Of a stretch of 64,000 nt of DNA, positions 1 through 8,713 are shown piece by piece. The stretch comes from a virus. A model generated the notes under the pieces. That model saw only the letters and a list, made by a program, of their open reading frames with translations. It was not told the DNA's origin and made no database searches. Within the stretch, counting starts at the first letter, position 1; every line of letters starts with the position of its first letter. The DNA is taken from UHGV virus genome UHGV-0245395. The stretch is one strand, 5' to 3'. The translations under genes and the position numbers were made by a program.

Positions 1-30
1 GAGAGGGCTGGGAAGCCGTACTTTTTTCGG

Positions 31-59
31 AAAGAGGAGAAGAAATTCTCCTCTTTTTT
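31..59 (+). terminator. Intrinsic terminator
   Basis: AAAGAGGAGAA-GAAA-TTCTCCTCTTT stem-loop followed by T-run. Confidence 0.75.
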
Positions 60-141
60 AATGTTTTTTCATGAAACTTTTTCGGGATTTCCGTTGTAAA
101 TCGATAAACATTGTGTATCTTTATAGTGTTGAAAATAATGA
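50..141 (+). repeat. 92-bp dispersed promoter cassette, identical to 58386-58477
   Basis: Base-by-base identity with 58386-58477; diverged third copy at about 3695-3802. Confidence 0.9.
94..123 (+). promoter_or_regulatory. Bacteroidota-type promoter with overlapping palindromic operator
   Basis: TTG(94)-N19-TATCTTTA(116); GATAAAC-ATT-GTGTATC at 103-119. Confidence 0.8.
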
Positions 142-164
142 AGTAACAAGCAAAACGAATTATC

Positions 165-545
165 ATGGAAACAAGTAGAGTGACAGTAAGTATCGATCCT
201 GAAAGGATCAAGGAATTCGAGAAAAAGAACAAGGATAATGAGGCGGGTAGAATGGTGCGGGAATTATTCGCTGAAGTGTTTGAGGACGAGGAGGTATTCT
301 GTAAACTAGGAACCTTGTTTAAAAGAAGGATGTATCCTGAAAATGTATACGCCGTATTCAAATGGAATGGCGAGGTGCGAATCCTGAATATAACGGAGAA
401 CAAGATGTGGGATTCGAAAAAGAATTTGAAGGTGTCGCAACTGCGGGATCCGAATCAAGAAACGCTGACCGTGACGGAGTTCAAGACCTTGTCAGGGAGA
501 AAGAGTTTGGATGGATTTTATTTTGTTGAACCTGAAACGAAATAG
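165..545 (+). CDS. Hypothetical phage protein
   Basis: 126 aa ORF directly behind promoter. Confidence 0.7.
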   Translation: METSRVTVSIDPERIKEFEKKNKDNEAGRMVRELFAEVFEDEEVFCKLGTLFKRRMYPENVYAVFKWNGEVRILNITENKMWDSKKNLKVSQLRDPNQETLTVTEFKTLSGRKSLDGFYFVEPETK

Positions 546-547
546 TT

Positions 548-943
548 ATGAAAGTAATACTAAATCGTGAGGAAATCGATATTGAATTTATCAATCAGCT
601 TCTACAACGAAAATGTGCGTTTGAACTATACTTGGAAGAAAACGACAGTGAGGTCGGCGTGAGTGAAAAGAGAACACTACTAATTGAAAGATACGTGGAT
701 TCCGTGTTCATGGATGACGGGACTCTGAAACCCGATTTGATAACATGGTGGAACTCGGAAAAATGGGAGGAACTGGATATCGAAATCGATTACAGTGAAG
801 GAAAATTAAAGTGTGAAGAACGCCTCTGTCATGAGTGCGGTAAGTTGTTGGGACCGAACGAAGGTTTTCAAACCCAATCAGATGGCGTCGTGTGCGATTA
901 CTGCCGGGAAAATTATGACGATGAAGGGAGGTTTCTATGGTAA
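548..943 (+). CDS. Hypothetical protein with C-terminal zinc ribbon
   Basis: CHECG...CDYC motifs; 2-nt gap to upstream gene. Confidence 0.7.
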   Translation: MKVILNREEIDIEFINQLLQRKCAFELYLEENDSEVGVSEKRTLLIERYVDSVFMDDGTLKPDLITWWNSEKWEELDIEIDYSEGKLKCEERLCHECGKLLGPNEGFQTQSDGVVCDYCRENYDDEGRFLW

Positions 944-1116
944 CGGTCGATGAATACATAAAATTGAATTCAGTTCCTGAATATAGATGGGACGGTGAAT
1001 TATGTGAGAACGTTCCAACTGGAGACGTGGTGATGAGCGTGGATGATGTTCGCGTGGTTATCAACATGGTGCGGGATAAAGAAAGGGAAAGGTGGCGGAA
1101 GTTCAGGGATTCATAA
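937..1116 (+). CDS. Small hypothetical protein (59 aa, not in ORF track)
   Basis: MVTVDEYIKLNSVPEYRW...KFRDS*, fills operon gap with overlaps on both sides. Confidence 0.6.
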   Translation: MVTVDEYIKLNSVPEYRWDGELCENVPTGDVVMSVDDVRVVINMVRDKERERWRKFRDS

Positions 1117-1301
1117 AAAGATTCCACCCTAGGTTCGAGGAGTTGGTGAAGGAAACGAAAGAATGGTTTCCAATGTTTTCCGACGAGGAAGCCGAAGTAA
1201 GAACCTGTTGCCTGGGTGGTGTGTTCAATGACGCGCTCGGTGCCTACTTGATTCGAATGGCTGAAAACGCCGTTAAAAGGTATAAAGAGGAACACCCATA
1301 A
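1092..1301 (+). CDS. Hypothetical protein
   Basis: 69 aa ORF ending before terminator. Confidence 0.55.
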   Translation: MAEVQGFIKRFHPRFEELVKETKEWFPMFSDEEAEVRTCCLGGVFNDALGAYLIRMAENAVKRYKEEHP

Positions 1302-1359
1302 CAAAAGAACCCTTATCATTAATATTATACATATCTATGGATTATTTAATGAATCTATC

Positions 1360-1389
1360 AGGGGCACGTCGTGAGACGCCCCCTTTTTT
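1360..1389 (+). terminator. Intrinsic terminator
   Basis: GGGG(CA)CGTC-GTGA-GACGCCCC hairpin with GNRA loop plus T6. Confidence 0.75.
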
Positions 1390-1424
1390 ATTTTCGACTT
1401 ACCGTGAAAATATCATCGAAAATA

Positions 1425-1456
1425 TTTGGGTAATTGATAAACAAAGTGTATCTTTA
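1425..1456 (+). promoter_or_regulatory. Promoter plus operator
   Basis: TTTG-N20-TATCTTTA; GATAAAC-AAA-GTGTATC at 1436-1452. Confidence 0.8.
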
Positions 1457-1492
1457 TGTTGCTGAAAATAAGAACAATTAACACTATAAGTT

Positions 1493-1855
1493 ATGAAAGA
1501 GGACATAGACATTCAGGAAAAGAAAAGGGATGAGGTATGGGAAAAGTTAAAGAAGGAATTCGAAAAGCATGGATTCGATTCATCCCAGTACATCGACTAC
1601 GTGATGGTTGGATGTAGGGGCGGTATGAGGGTGGAGGTCCGGCTGGAACGTTTATTCCACGTGGATAAAGGGCATTACATCGAAGCAAAGGTATCAGTTC
1701 TAGGGTGGTGGTCCAAATCGAAAATGGTGATACAAGGTAATAAAATAGATGATTGCGTGAAATACCTGGGAGGAGTGTCATATTATTACCGAGAGTTAAT
1801 GAATGGTCTTATAGCGGCATACAAAGAGGAGCTAAAAGAGGCGTGGGGTCTTTAA
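1493..1855 (+). CDS. Hypothetical protein
   Basis: 120 aa ORF after promoter. Confidence 0.7.
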   Translation: MKEDIDIQEKKRDEVWEKLKKEFEKHGFDSSQYIDYVMVGCRGGMRVEVRLERLFHVDKGHYIEAKVSVLGWWSKSKMVIQGNKIDDCVKYLGGVSYYYRELMNGLIAAYKEELKEAWGL

Positions 1856-1865
1856 AAGATATGGT

Positions 1866-2024
1866 ATGAAAAATAATGGAGTTATAAAGTCAAGGGTTGA
1901 AGACAGGCATTGCAGTTTATGTAAGTTCTACGAGTGCGTGAATTTCTTCATGTATTGCAAGAAGTTGCAGCACCGCGTCAAAGCGTCAAGAAAGAACGGT
2001 TGCAAGCACTTTGAAAGGATATGA
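1866..2024 (+). CDS. Small Cys-rich protein (52 aa, not in ORF track)
   Basis: MKNNGVIKSRVEDRHCSLCKFYEC...CKHFERI*; ATGA overlap with next gene. Confidence 0.65.
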   Translation: MKNNGVIKSRVEDRHCSLCKFYECVNFFMYCKKLQHRVKASRKNGCKHFERI

Positions 2025-2308
2025 GAAATATATTTACAATTTGCTATTCGGAAGAAGAAGCGAACGAGGTGGGCCACTTTATTTTGGGTAGAGGATACGA
2101 GGGTGTTCAGAATGATAGTTACCGATATTGCCGGGAAGCGATTTGGTGGGCCTTCAAACAAGCTAGGAGACATCATTCAGATCACATCTATGTTGGCGTT
2201 AGAGGTTGCCAGATGGTCGTATCTAGGAATAAAAAGTGGCTTCGCGGAAACGGTCTTAAATATATCGAGAAGAAACGGGTGTTCTATGAATTATTAGAGG
2301 TTTATTGA
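2021..2308 (+). CDS. Hypothetical protein
   Basis: 95 aa ORF coupled to neighbours. Confidence 0.7.
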   Translation: MRNIFTICYSEEEANEVGHFILGRGYEGVQNDSYRYCREAIWWAFKQARRHHSDHIYVGVRGCQMVVSRNKKWLRGNGLKYIEKKRVFYELLEVY

Positions 2309-3262
2309 ATGTTTAAAATCAGGAAGAAAATTATGAAGGAGATAAAGGTATGGACGGACGGTTCAGCCATCGTAACCGGTGATAGGTTAGGGGGATCCGG
2401 CGTGTACATGAAATACGGTGACGGAACGGAAAGGATGTTCTCCAAGGGATGGAGAAACACCAAGACAGGAAGGGCGGAGATTCACGCGCTCCTCATAGCC
2501 CTTTCCAAGCTGGAAAATGAACCCACGAAGGTTACCTTCTACATGGATTCCGAGTACGTGCAGAAAAGTATATTGGTGTACCTTCCTAACTGGTTGAAAA
2601 ATAATTGGATGGGTGCGGCGGGCCCGGTAAAGAACCGGGATCTGTGGGAGAAAGTTTTGGCGGAGTTCCGAAGGTTGAACAAGGTACTCATGCAATGGGT
2701 ACACGTTAAGGGGCATCAGGATGACTGGAAAGACGAGGTGGTGATGGGTAATAACATAGCCGATTACCTGGCTTCCTATAAGAACAATCATCCTCATTAC
2801 GAGGACCTTCCGAGAAAGGATAAGGGTGAACCCAGGATGTTCTATTTCTATGACGCGGTACATAAAGAGGTGTACGCTGACAAGGTGAGGAGACACGAGG
2901 AGGATGTAACCGTGGGAGAATGGAAGGAGGGTGGCAAGGAAGAGGTACGTGCTATATGGATGGAGAGGAGATTCGACATAGGGTACGGTACTGTGTTCAA
3001 GTATATAGGTACAGATCCTTCCACGGTGGACAGGTGCTATTACTTACACAGACCTTCAAGAACCTATTTCGTGGAGGAGGCGGGTAAGGAATTTCCGGGA
3101 GAGGGGAAGGATGATGTGACGTGTATCGGAGCGTGTTTGGAGAGCAGTGAATGGGAATTGTATGGAATTCTTAACCGGACTAATAAAACGCTGGCTAAAA
3201 CGCTAGAAAACTATAAATTGAGGAAGGAAATCACGACCAACAGTGATGACTTGCCGTTTTAA
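2309..3262 (+). CDS. rnhA: Ribonuclease HI with C-terminal extension (start may be 2333)
   Basis: WTDGS, RAEIHA, MDSEYV, VKNRDLW, WVHVKGH, GNNIADYLA RNase HI motifs; ends in DDLPF. Confidence 0.9.
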   Translation: MFKIRKKIMKEIKVWTDGSAIVTGDRLGGSGVYMKYGDGTERMFSKGWRNTKTGRAEIHALLIALSKLENEPTKVTFYMDSEYVQKSILVYLPNWLKNNWMGAAGPVKNRDLWEKVLAEFRRLNKVLMQWVHVKGHQDDWKDEVVMGNNIADYLASYKNNHPHYEDLPRKDKGEPRMFYFYDAVHKEVYADKVRRHEEDVTVGEWKEGGKEEVRAIWMERRFDIGYGTVFKYIGTDPSTVDRCYYLHRPSRTYFVEEAGKEFPGEGKDDVTCIGACLESSEWELYGILNRTNKTLAKTLENYKLRKEITTNSDDLPF

Positions 3263-3285
3263 AGGAAAATAACGTGAAAATTTGA

Positions 3286-3693
3286 ATGAACATGGATCAG
3301 TTAATTACAAAGGAGACGGCCCGCCTGGCGAGAAAGGTACATTTTGATTACCCAGGAGATAGGTTCGTGGACGGGGATGATACACTTCACATGGTGGAGA
3401 TTCATCATGCTATCACTAACGCGGAGTTGTACAGTGATAGCGCGATCATAAGTACCCAGACTGCCTTACATAGGTACCTAAGAAAGGTGTACCGAGTTTA
3501 CGTTCGAGTGGATTGTAACGCGGGTGGTTATTTCTGGGAGGTGGTGAGAACCGACGGTAGATCATGCGATCTTTGGTCAAAGGAAACAGGGCCTAACGGA
3601 TGCGGGGAGTGGGATGAATACGAGGATGCCTTGGAAGATGGGTTACGTGCCGCCTGTGAATGGGTGACGGAACAGCGGTGGTTCAAGAAGTAA
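3286..3693 (+). CDS. Hypothetical protein
   Basis: 135 aa ORF in operon. Confidence 0.7.
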   Translation: MNMDQLITKETARLARKVHFDYPGDRFVDGDDTLHMVEIHHAITNAELYSDSAIISTQTALHRYLRKVYRVYVRVDCNAGGYFWEVVRTDGRSCDLWSKETGPNGCGEWDEYEDALEDGLRAACEWVTEQRWFKK

Positions 3694-3694
3694 G

Positions 3695-3802
3695 GTTTTT
3701 CATGAAACTTTTCTCAGATTTCCCTTGTAGTTTGATAAACTTTGTGTATCTTTATGGTGTTGAAAATAATTGAGATTAATAACTAAAAAGATAAGCAATA
3801 TG
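3695..3802 (+). promoter_or_regulatory. Diverged copy of promoter cassette with operator
   Basis: GTTTTTCATGAAACTTTT...GATAAAC-TTT-GTGTATC(3734-3750)TTTAT...AACTAAAAAGATAAGCAATATG; the last part is shared with 58485-58506. Confidence 0.85.
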
Positions 3803-4036
3803 AAAGCAATAGTTGAAAACAAGCTCAGCCCGGTAACATCAACCAAGGCTTGTGCGTTCGCGGAGATCATCGTGGTGGTAACTGATAGCAGGGATGAAAC
3901 AGAATTGAGGAAGGGGATGAACGCGGTGTTTCATGCAAGATACGTCGCTGATTACTTTGAGCACGGTTTCGGCCATAACCATGTCTGGGTCATGGACAAG
4001 GACAGTAAGAAAAGAGTGTTGCTCGCAGAATTTTAA
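3800..4036 (+). CDS. Hypothetical protein
   Basis: ATG at 3800 has the same leader as the gene at 58504. Confidence 0.7.
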   Translation: MKAIVENKLSPVTSTKACAFAEIIVVVTDSRDETELRKGMNAVFHARYVADYFEHGFGHNHVWVMDKDSKKRVLLAEF

Positions 4037-4040
4037 TCAC

Positions 4041-4235
4041 ATGGAGGATATATTGAGAACGACGGCGTACCTCACCGTCTTGTTCGGAACGATAGGCTGG
4101 GTGTTCACCCTCGCCTATATTAAATGTAGGATGAAGAAAACGACGGAAAAGGTGGTGGCGAGTATCGCCGCCCTTTTCCTGGGAGCCGCCCTGGGTGCGG
4201 GATTGGTTGGGTTATTGATCGCTAAAATAGGTTAA
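4041..4235 (+). CDS. Small membrane protein
   Basis: Two hydrophobic segments; ATG at 4041. Confidence 0.65.
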   Translation: MEDILRTTAYLTVLFGTIGWVFTLAYIKCRMKKTTEKVVASIAALFLGAALGAGLVGLLIAKIG

Positions 4236-4237
4236 TC

Positions 4238-4705
4238 ATGGAGGACAGGAAATTTCATTTCGGGAAACACAAAGGGGAGGAAATAAAGTACGTGATATTA
4301 ACCGATATAGGATACATCACGTGGTGCCTGAATAACATATCGGCGTTTCTTCTAAATGACGAGGAATGGGAGGTGTATGATAGTATCGCCATAATGTTCA
4401 AGAAATACGAAGTTGAACCTCCTATCCGGGAAGAGATGTTGTATAGATGGATCAGGGATAAGGAGAAGTGGAAGAACTTGGATACCCCTTTCGTGTACAA
4501 GCGTGGTTACATAACCGTTGATAAGGGAAGGGGGAACGACCCTGTGTATGATCTGATCAAGAAGTACATTGTATCTCCTTCCACGAATCAGGAAACAGGG
4601 TGGGAGCTGTTATGTGAAGTGGGTAGGATGATTGAGAAGGATATGATGATAAATGAAGAGGAGATGTTCGGTGGGTGGGGAACCATGAATGATTATAAAG
4701 ATTAA
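4238..4705 (+). CDS. Protein with ExoX C-terminal-like (FGKHKG...YITW) domain
   Basis: FHFGKHKGEEI...GYITWC motif. Confidence 0.6.
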   Translation: MEDRKFHFGKHKGEEIKYVILTDIGYITWCLNNISAFLLNDEEWEVYDSIAIMFKKYEVEPPIREEMLYRWIRDKEKWKNLDTPFVYKRGYITVDKGRGNDPVYDLIKKYIVSPSTNQETGWELLCEVGRMIEKDMMINEEEMFGGWGTMNDYKD

Positions 4706-4709
4706 GCGT

Positions 4710-4913
4710 ATGAAAGAGATAGGATTTATTTTAACGATCACGTCGATCCTCGCCATTCTGTTCATGTTTGTGAATAACCTTTACATCACCTCTCTAACGG
4801 GAAGGAAGATCAGGATTATCGTGGAATGCCTTCTATTCGCCTTCATACTGGGTAACTTGGTTTATTGCATCATCAAGGCGGTGGGAATATTGATCGGAAA
4901 CGTTGAATTATAA
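4710..4913 (+). CDS. Small membrane protein
   Basis: Two hydrophobic helices. Confidence 0.6.
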   Translation: MKEIGFILTITSILAILFMFVNNLYITSLTGRKIRIIVECLLFAFILGNLVYCIIKAVGILIGNVEL

Positions 4914-4928
4914 AAATGAACATGGATT

Positions 4929-5312
4929 ATGAAAGAAGATGTTACTGGAAAAGAAAGATCACCTAAATTTAATGTGGGTGAGATAGTTTACAAGGTGGAT
5001 GATGATATGTGCGAGGAACTTTTGATAACGAGCGTGAACCTTTGTGTTACGCATTATTTACAAAGAGGTTGTGTTGAATTTCGATACACGGTTCTTGCCA
5101 ACCCTAAACAACGGTGTGCCGAACTTCGTGAACCCGATGTGAAGATTCCCTTTGAAGGATTTCTCCGTGGGTTTGATGTAGGTGAGGAGGTTCTCACAAA
5201 TGATATCAATGAAATCACAGTGAAAAAGATACGAAAGTATAAAGCTGAAATGGCAGCGATCGCGGAAAAAGTTCATGAATTGGAAATGAAACTTAAAGAA
5301 AGGGGCGTGTGA
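4929..5312 (+). CDS. Hypothetical protein
   Basis: KFNVGEIVY start typical of small phage SH3-like proteins; coiled-coil tail. Confidence 0.65.
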   Translation: MKEDVTGKERSPKFNVGEIVYKVDDDMCEELLITSVNLCVTHYLQRGCVEFRYTVLANPKQRCAELREPDVKIPFEGFLRGFDVGEEVLTNDINEITVKKIRKYKAEMAAIAEKVHELEMKLKERGV

Positions 5313-5313
5313 T

Positions 5314-5577
5314 ATGAAAGCTAAATTATTACACAAGGTGCGATCCAAAGCACGGTTACACAATTACATCATCCGAAACGAGGTGGGTATCGGTTCTTGG
5401 TGCGTTATCAAAGATGACGATAATGAATACTCGGAAACGAGGTTCCACATGTTCTCTGATGCCAGAAGGGCGTGCAGGCGTGCCATTCATAAATACATTG
5501 AACGGAAGCTTTACTGGCAATTACTGGCGAGAAGAAGAAAGCGTGCCAAACTTGGCATTTCAAAACGATCATGGTAA
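5314..5577 (+). CDS. Basic hypothetical protein
   Basis: 87 aa, 1-nt gap to upstream gene. Confidence 0.6.
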   Translation: MKAKLLHKVRSKARLHNYIIRNEVGIGSWCVIKDDDNEYSETRFHMFSDARRACRRAIHKYIERKLYWQLLARRRKRAKLGISKRSW

Positions 5578-5592
5578 TATTAAGATATTGAT

Positions 5593-5781
5593 ATGATAAG
5601 AGTAATTCGAGGGTTGATATTCGGAATCCTATTCGTACCTGTTTACCTTGTAAGCATGGTTCTCGACTTTTTGATACTTATCAGTATAGGTGAACATGAA
5701 TCATATACATTATTTGATCTATTTAAAGAAGTTGGAAGTTATGGCGAAGAAAAGACGAAACAAAATAGTGTACATTCCTAA
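5593..5781 (+). CDS. Small membrane protein
   Basis: Hydrophobic N-terminus. Confidence 0.5.
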   Translation: MIRVIRGLIFGILFVPVYLVSMVLDFLILISIGEHESYTLFDLFKEVGSYGEEKTKQNSVHS

Positions 5782-5887
5782 TCAGACCATTCATGAGAAG
5801 TGGTGGGCGTTCGATGCTGAAGGTAGGAAACAACTGCACCTTGAGAAGGAATATCAGAAGAAACTGGCGAAATCGAGGAAAAATTAA
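5741..5887 (+). CDS. Small basic protein
   Basis: MAKKRRNKIVYIP... from ATG 5741. Confidence 0.5.
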   Translation: MAKKRRNKIVYIPNQTIHEKWWAFDAEGRKQLHLEKEYQKKLAKSRKN

Positions 5888-5897
5888 CCGTTTTCTG

Positions 5898-5928
5898 TTG
5901 GTACATTGATAAACAATATGTATCTTTA
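5898..5928 (+). promoter_or_regulatory. Promoter plus operator
   Basis: TTG-N20-TATCTTTA; GATAAAC-AAT-ATGTATC at 5908-5924. Confidence 0.8.
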
Positions 5929-5968
5929 TGTTGTTAAAGAATAGGAAGTTAAATCAAAAACAGAAGCA

Positions 5969-6304
5969 ATGGAAAACACTAAATTTTTTGTCGAGAAAAG
6001 CCTGGGTGACTTCAATTTCACCCAAAGTCTGGCAAATCCGAATAAATGGTACGCTCTCGGTATAACGGTTGAGGCGTATGTGATACCCGTGGAAAATACC
6101 GATAACGTGGATGTTGTGATGAGAATGTTCGATACAAGATTAGTTAAACACCGATATCCCAGTGACATGACTTCCGATCAGGTTCATGATGCCATGAAGA
6201 AACAGGTGGCGGAAATGTTAACACGGTACACTTATAATCTATGTTCACTCATGGGCGTGGATGCAACTGATCTCGATATCAACCAACCAACTAAGAAATC
6301 ATGA
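5969..6304 (+). CDS. Hypothetical protein
   Basis: 111 aa ORF after promoter. Confidence 0.7.
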   Translation: MENTKFFVEKSLGDFNFTQSLANPNKWYALGITVEAYVIPVENTDNVDVVMRMFDTRLVKHRYPSDMTSDQVHDAMKKQVAEMLTRYTYNLCSLMGVDATDLDINQPTKKS

Positions 6305-6579
6305 AAACATTAGTGATATGCCCGGGGTCAGAAACGTGTGATGACGCGCTGTTCCTTCTAATGGATCCGGAAACGGGCGAGGCGCTGAATCATCATGTTT
6401 GTAGTGACGCGTTTTACGCGAAAGATGACCTGTATTACCGTCAATCGGAAGTTAGGGAAAAGATCAGGGAGCGGTACGGGGATGACGTGGATGTGAAGTT
6501 CATAGATGAAACAGATATAAACGAGGATGACCTGTTCATCAAGAACAGGGAATTTTATAAACAATCAGAAGAAGAGTGA
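6301..6579 (+). CDS. Hypothetical protein
   Basis: ATGA overlap with upstream gene. Confidence 0.7.
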   Translation: MKTLVICPGSETCDDALFLLMDPETGEALNHHVCSDAFYAKDDLYYRQSEVREKIRERYGDDVDVKFIDETDINEDDLFIKNREFYKQSEEE

Positions 6580-6821
6580 TGGCAAGGAAGGAATACAAAA
6601 TAGGTGAGAAAATTCAATTCGGGTTCAAAGTGTTGACCCCTGTTGAAAACATGGATTCGGATTTATGTAAAGATTGCTTTATTAAAGAGCATTTACCCAA
6701 TCATTGTCTGTGGCTAACTAGGAATGTGATCGGGGAATGTGGCAGTTCTAGCAGATCGGATAGAAGAAACGTTGTTTTCATTGAAATAAAAGATAAGGAA
6801 TATGGCAAAGACGGAATATAA
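6576..6821 (+). CDS. Cys-containing hypothetical protein, paralog of 6802-7218
   Basis: EYKIGEKIQFG...CKDC...C...C...R.D...VVFIE. Confidence 0.7.
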   Translation: MMARKEYKIGEKIQFGFKVLTPVENMDSDLCKDCFIKEHLPNHCLWLTRNVIGECGSSSRSDRRNVVFIEIKDKEYGKDGI

Positions 6822-7218
6822 AGTAGGAGAAACCTTTCAGTTCGGGTTAAAGACCCTGAAATGCGTTCATGATAAGATATATGAATGTGAAAATTGTGCG
6901 CTTCGATCCATGGATGATGATTGTGAACATTTCGTGGGCCCGTGTACGGCTAATTCAAGAACCGACGGATTGGCCGTTATATTTATCGAAGTCGAAGGGG
7001 AAAAACCAGAATGGCCCTTGGAAGGAATGAGTATGGAACTACAACCATGTCCTGTTAGGCAGATCGAGTGCGACTATCTTGATAAAAACGGTTTAAGGAA
7101 ACGATGTATCGTGGTTTATCCCGCCAATGGGTGGGTACTGAACAAAGGGTTGGTAACCGAATTGGTCAGGGAGAGAAAGACGGATTTCAAGGAATTATTA
7201 TCATTTCAAATCAGATAA
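6802..7218 (+). CDS. Cys-containing hypothetical protein, paralog of 6576-6821
   Basis: EYKVGETFQFG...CENC...C...C...RTD...VIFIE plus extension. Confidence 0.7.
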   Translation: MAKTEYKVGETFQFGLKTLKCVHDKIYECENCALRSMDDDCEHFVGPCTANSRTDGLAVIFIEVEGEKPEWPLEGMSMELQPCPVRQIECDYLDKNGLRKRCIVVYPANGWVLNKGLVTELVRERKTDFKELLSFQIR

Positions 7219-7221
7219 GCT

Positions 7222-7596
7222 ATGACCGCAGAGGAATACTATGACATGCAAGCCCTCCGATCCCAGGTTAACACGCTGATCATGGAGAACGGTATGTTGA
7301 AGAACAGGTGTTTGGAGTTGGAAAGAAGGCTGAAGGAATGCGAGGATGAACGGAAAGAGATCATCCAAGAAGATACAGAGGAGAAGATACCTCCTCTATT
7401 CATTCGAGTGGTAAGAGATTTCGATTCAAGTATTTTCGCGGCGAGCGTTACATACCCAGATGGGAGGATAAGGGTGCTGAAAACAGGAGAGTTTTTTGAT
7501 AGCGTTGCTCATCTTTTGGATGCAGGGTATTCTATCGCTCCAGAATTCATGTCTTTGTTTGTCGCTGAAGATAAGAAACGGAGGAGGTCGAAGTGA
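7222..7596 (+). CDS. Hypothetical coiled-coil protein
   Basis: 124 aa ORF in operon. Confidence 0.65.
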   Translation: MTAEEYYDMQALRSQVNTLIMENGMLKNRCLELERRLKECEDERKEIIQEDTEEKIPPLFIRVVRDFDSSIFAASVTYPDGRIRVLKTGEFFDSVAHLLDAGYSIAPEFMSLFVAEDKKRRRSK

Positions 7597-7647
7597 TTTT
7601 AAGGGAGAAATTTTCATCGCTATAACACGAAATTTCACAGCGAAAAG

Positions 7648-7678
7648 TTGGATGATACACTTTGTTTATGTATCTTTA
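7648..7678 (+). promoter_or_regulatory. Promoter with operator in inverted orientation
   Basis: TTG-N20-TATCTTTA; GATACAC-TTT-GTTTATG at 7654-7670. Confidence 0.75.
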
Positions 7679-7692
7679 GGGTGAACAAAATA

Positions 7693-7863
7693 ATGAAGCA
7701 TATGAAAACGAAAATCTTTTTGAGTATCGCGTCTTTTTTCGCCTGCGGGCAGTGTATCAGACCTATGTTCTACGATGAACCGAATTATCAACTTTGGTGG
7801 CTGGCCGCCGTGTTCTTTTTCATAGGATTCGGATTCTGGGTCAACCGCAAAACAGTTTTATAA
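7693..7863 (+). CDS. Small membrane protein
   Basis: Two hydrophobic stretches; ATG at 7693 or 7702. Confidence 0.55.
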   Translation: MKHMKTKIFLSIASFFACGQCIRPMFYDEPNYQLWWLAAVFFFIGFGFWVNRKTVL

Positions 7864-7864
7864 T

Positions 7865-8092
7865 ATGGCAAACAAGTATTTTATCAAGATCAAGGACGTG
7901 CGAATTCGGACGTCCACCATTAATTCCTATTCCCTGGCGGAGTATCATACTTCGGTCGAAAGTGAGAAGTATAGGATAAAAATCGTAACTTCACGCACTT
8001 CTTACATCATCCCCGTCAAGGACAGGGAGGAAGGGGAGACCATCCTCAAAGGGGTGGATGAATTTTTAGTGTTTAACAATGAAAATGAATAA
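7865..8092 (+). CDS. Hypothetical protein
   Basis: 75 aa ORF, 1-nt gap. Confidence 0.65.
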   Translation: MANKYFIKIKDVRIRTSTINSYSLAEYHTSVESEKYRIKIVTSRTSYIIPVKDREEGETILKGVDEFLVFNNENE

Positions 8093-8095
8093 ATT

Positions 8096-8713
8096 ATGAC
8101 TTTAAAAGAACTTATCGACGCCGATGGCGTGGTCATTCTTCAGCAACCATCCGATTTACAGGACGTGGTCATGCTGGCCGGACAACTCGGATTGAACCCG
8201 GCAAATCAGTACACGGCAACGGGAGGTTACCCGTTCTTCTTCTCCTTGAAGGATTGCAAGCTCCTAACTAAGGCGGAAGGGGAGAACCTTCCCAACATGA
8301 TCGGGTTGAAGGATTTCGAATCACTCGCCCGCCTTATCTTGAAGGATGTGAAGGAGAACGTGGATGATGAAACGGTTTACGTTCAATGCACCACTACCGC
8401 TCAGTACTCCTCTTGCTTGGATTACTTTAATAGGGTAACCGGCCAATCGAACGGCCAACAGGAGCTGACTGATTCGTTTCCCTTCTTCAACCTTCAAGAC
8501 GGTCACCTTTACCCCTCGTATTGTTTGAAACGTCCATCCCGGATCATTTCCTACGAAGAATTCAGACGTACGTTCCTTGTAACGAAGGAACAGAAAAGGG
8601 AAACGAATCGATCCGAGTTGAATGAAGTTTTGAGTGATATGCTGGATGCCATTCATGATTTGGAAAGTTCATTCAGCCAGTTATCCGATTTAATTAACAG
8701 AGGTTATGTATAG
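8096..8713 (+). CDS. Hypothetical protein with internal duplication
   Basis: YPFFFSLKDCKL and FPFFNLQDGHL repeats. Confidence 0.7.
   Translation: MTLKELIDADGVVILQQPSDLQDVVMLAGQLGLNPANQYTATGGYPFFFSLKDCKLLTKAEGENLPNMIGLKDFESLARLILKDVKENVDDETVYVQCTTTAQYSSCLDYFNRVTGQSNGQQELTDSFPFFNLQDGHLYPSYCLKRPSRIISYEEFRRTFLVTKEQKRETNRSELNEVLSDMLDAIHDLESSFSQLSDLINRGYV

Noticed and set aside
93..139. Promoter cassette loosely recalls Bacteroidota type II-C CRISPR repeats (GTTGT...GTATCTTT), suggesting an RNA anti-CRISPR
   Set aside because: As I recall, those repeats embed the same promoter consensus, which would explain the likeness. The copies here sit directly before genes, and the comparison is from memory only.
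1366..1378. ACGTCGTGAGAC resembles a conserved 23S rRNA stretch
   Set aside because: Only 12 nt, and it forms the top of a terminator hairpin with no rRNA context.
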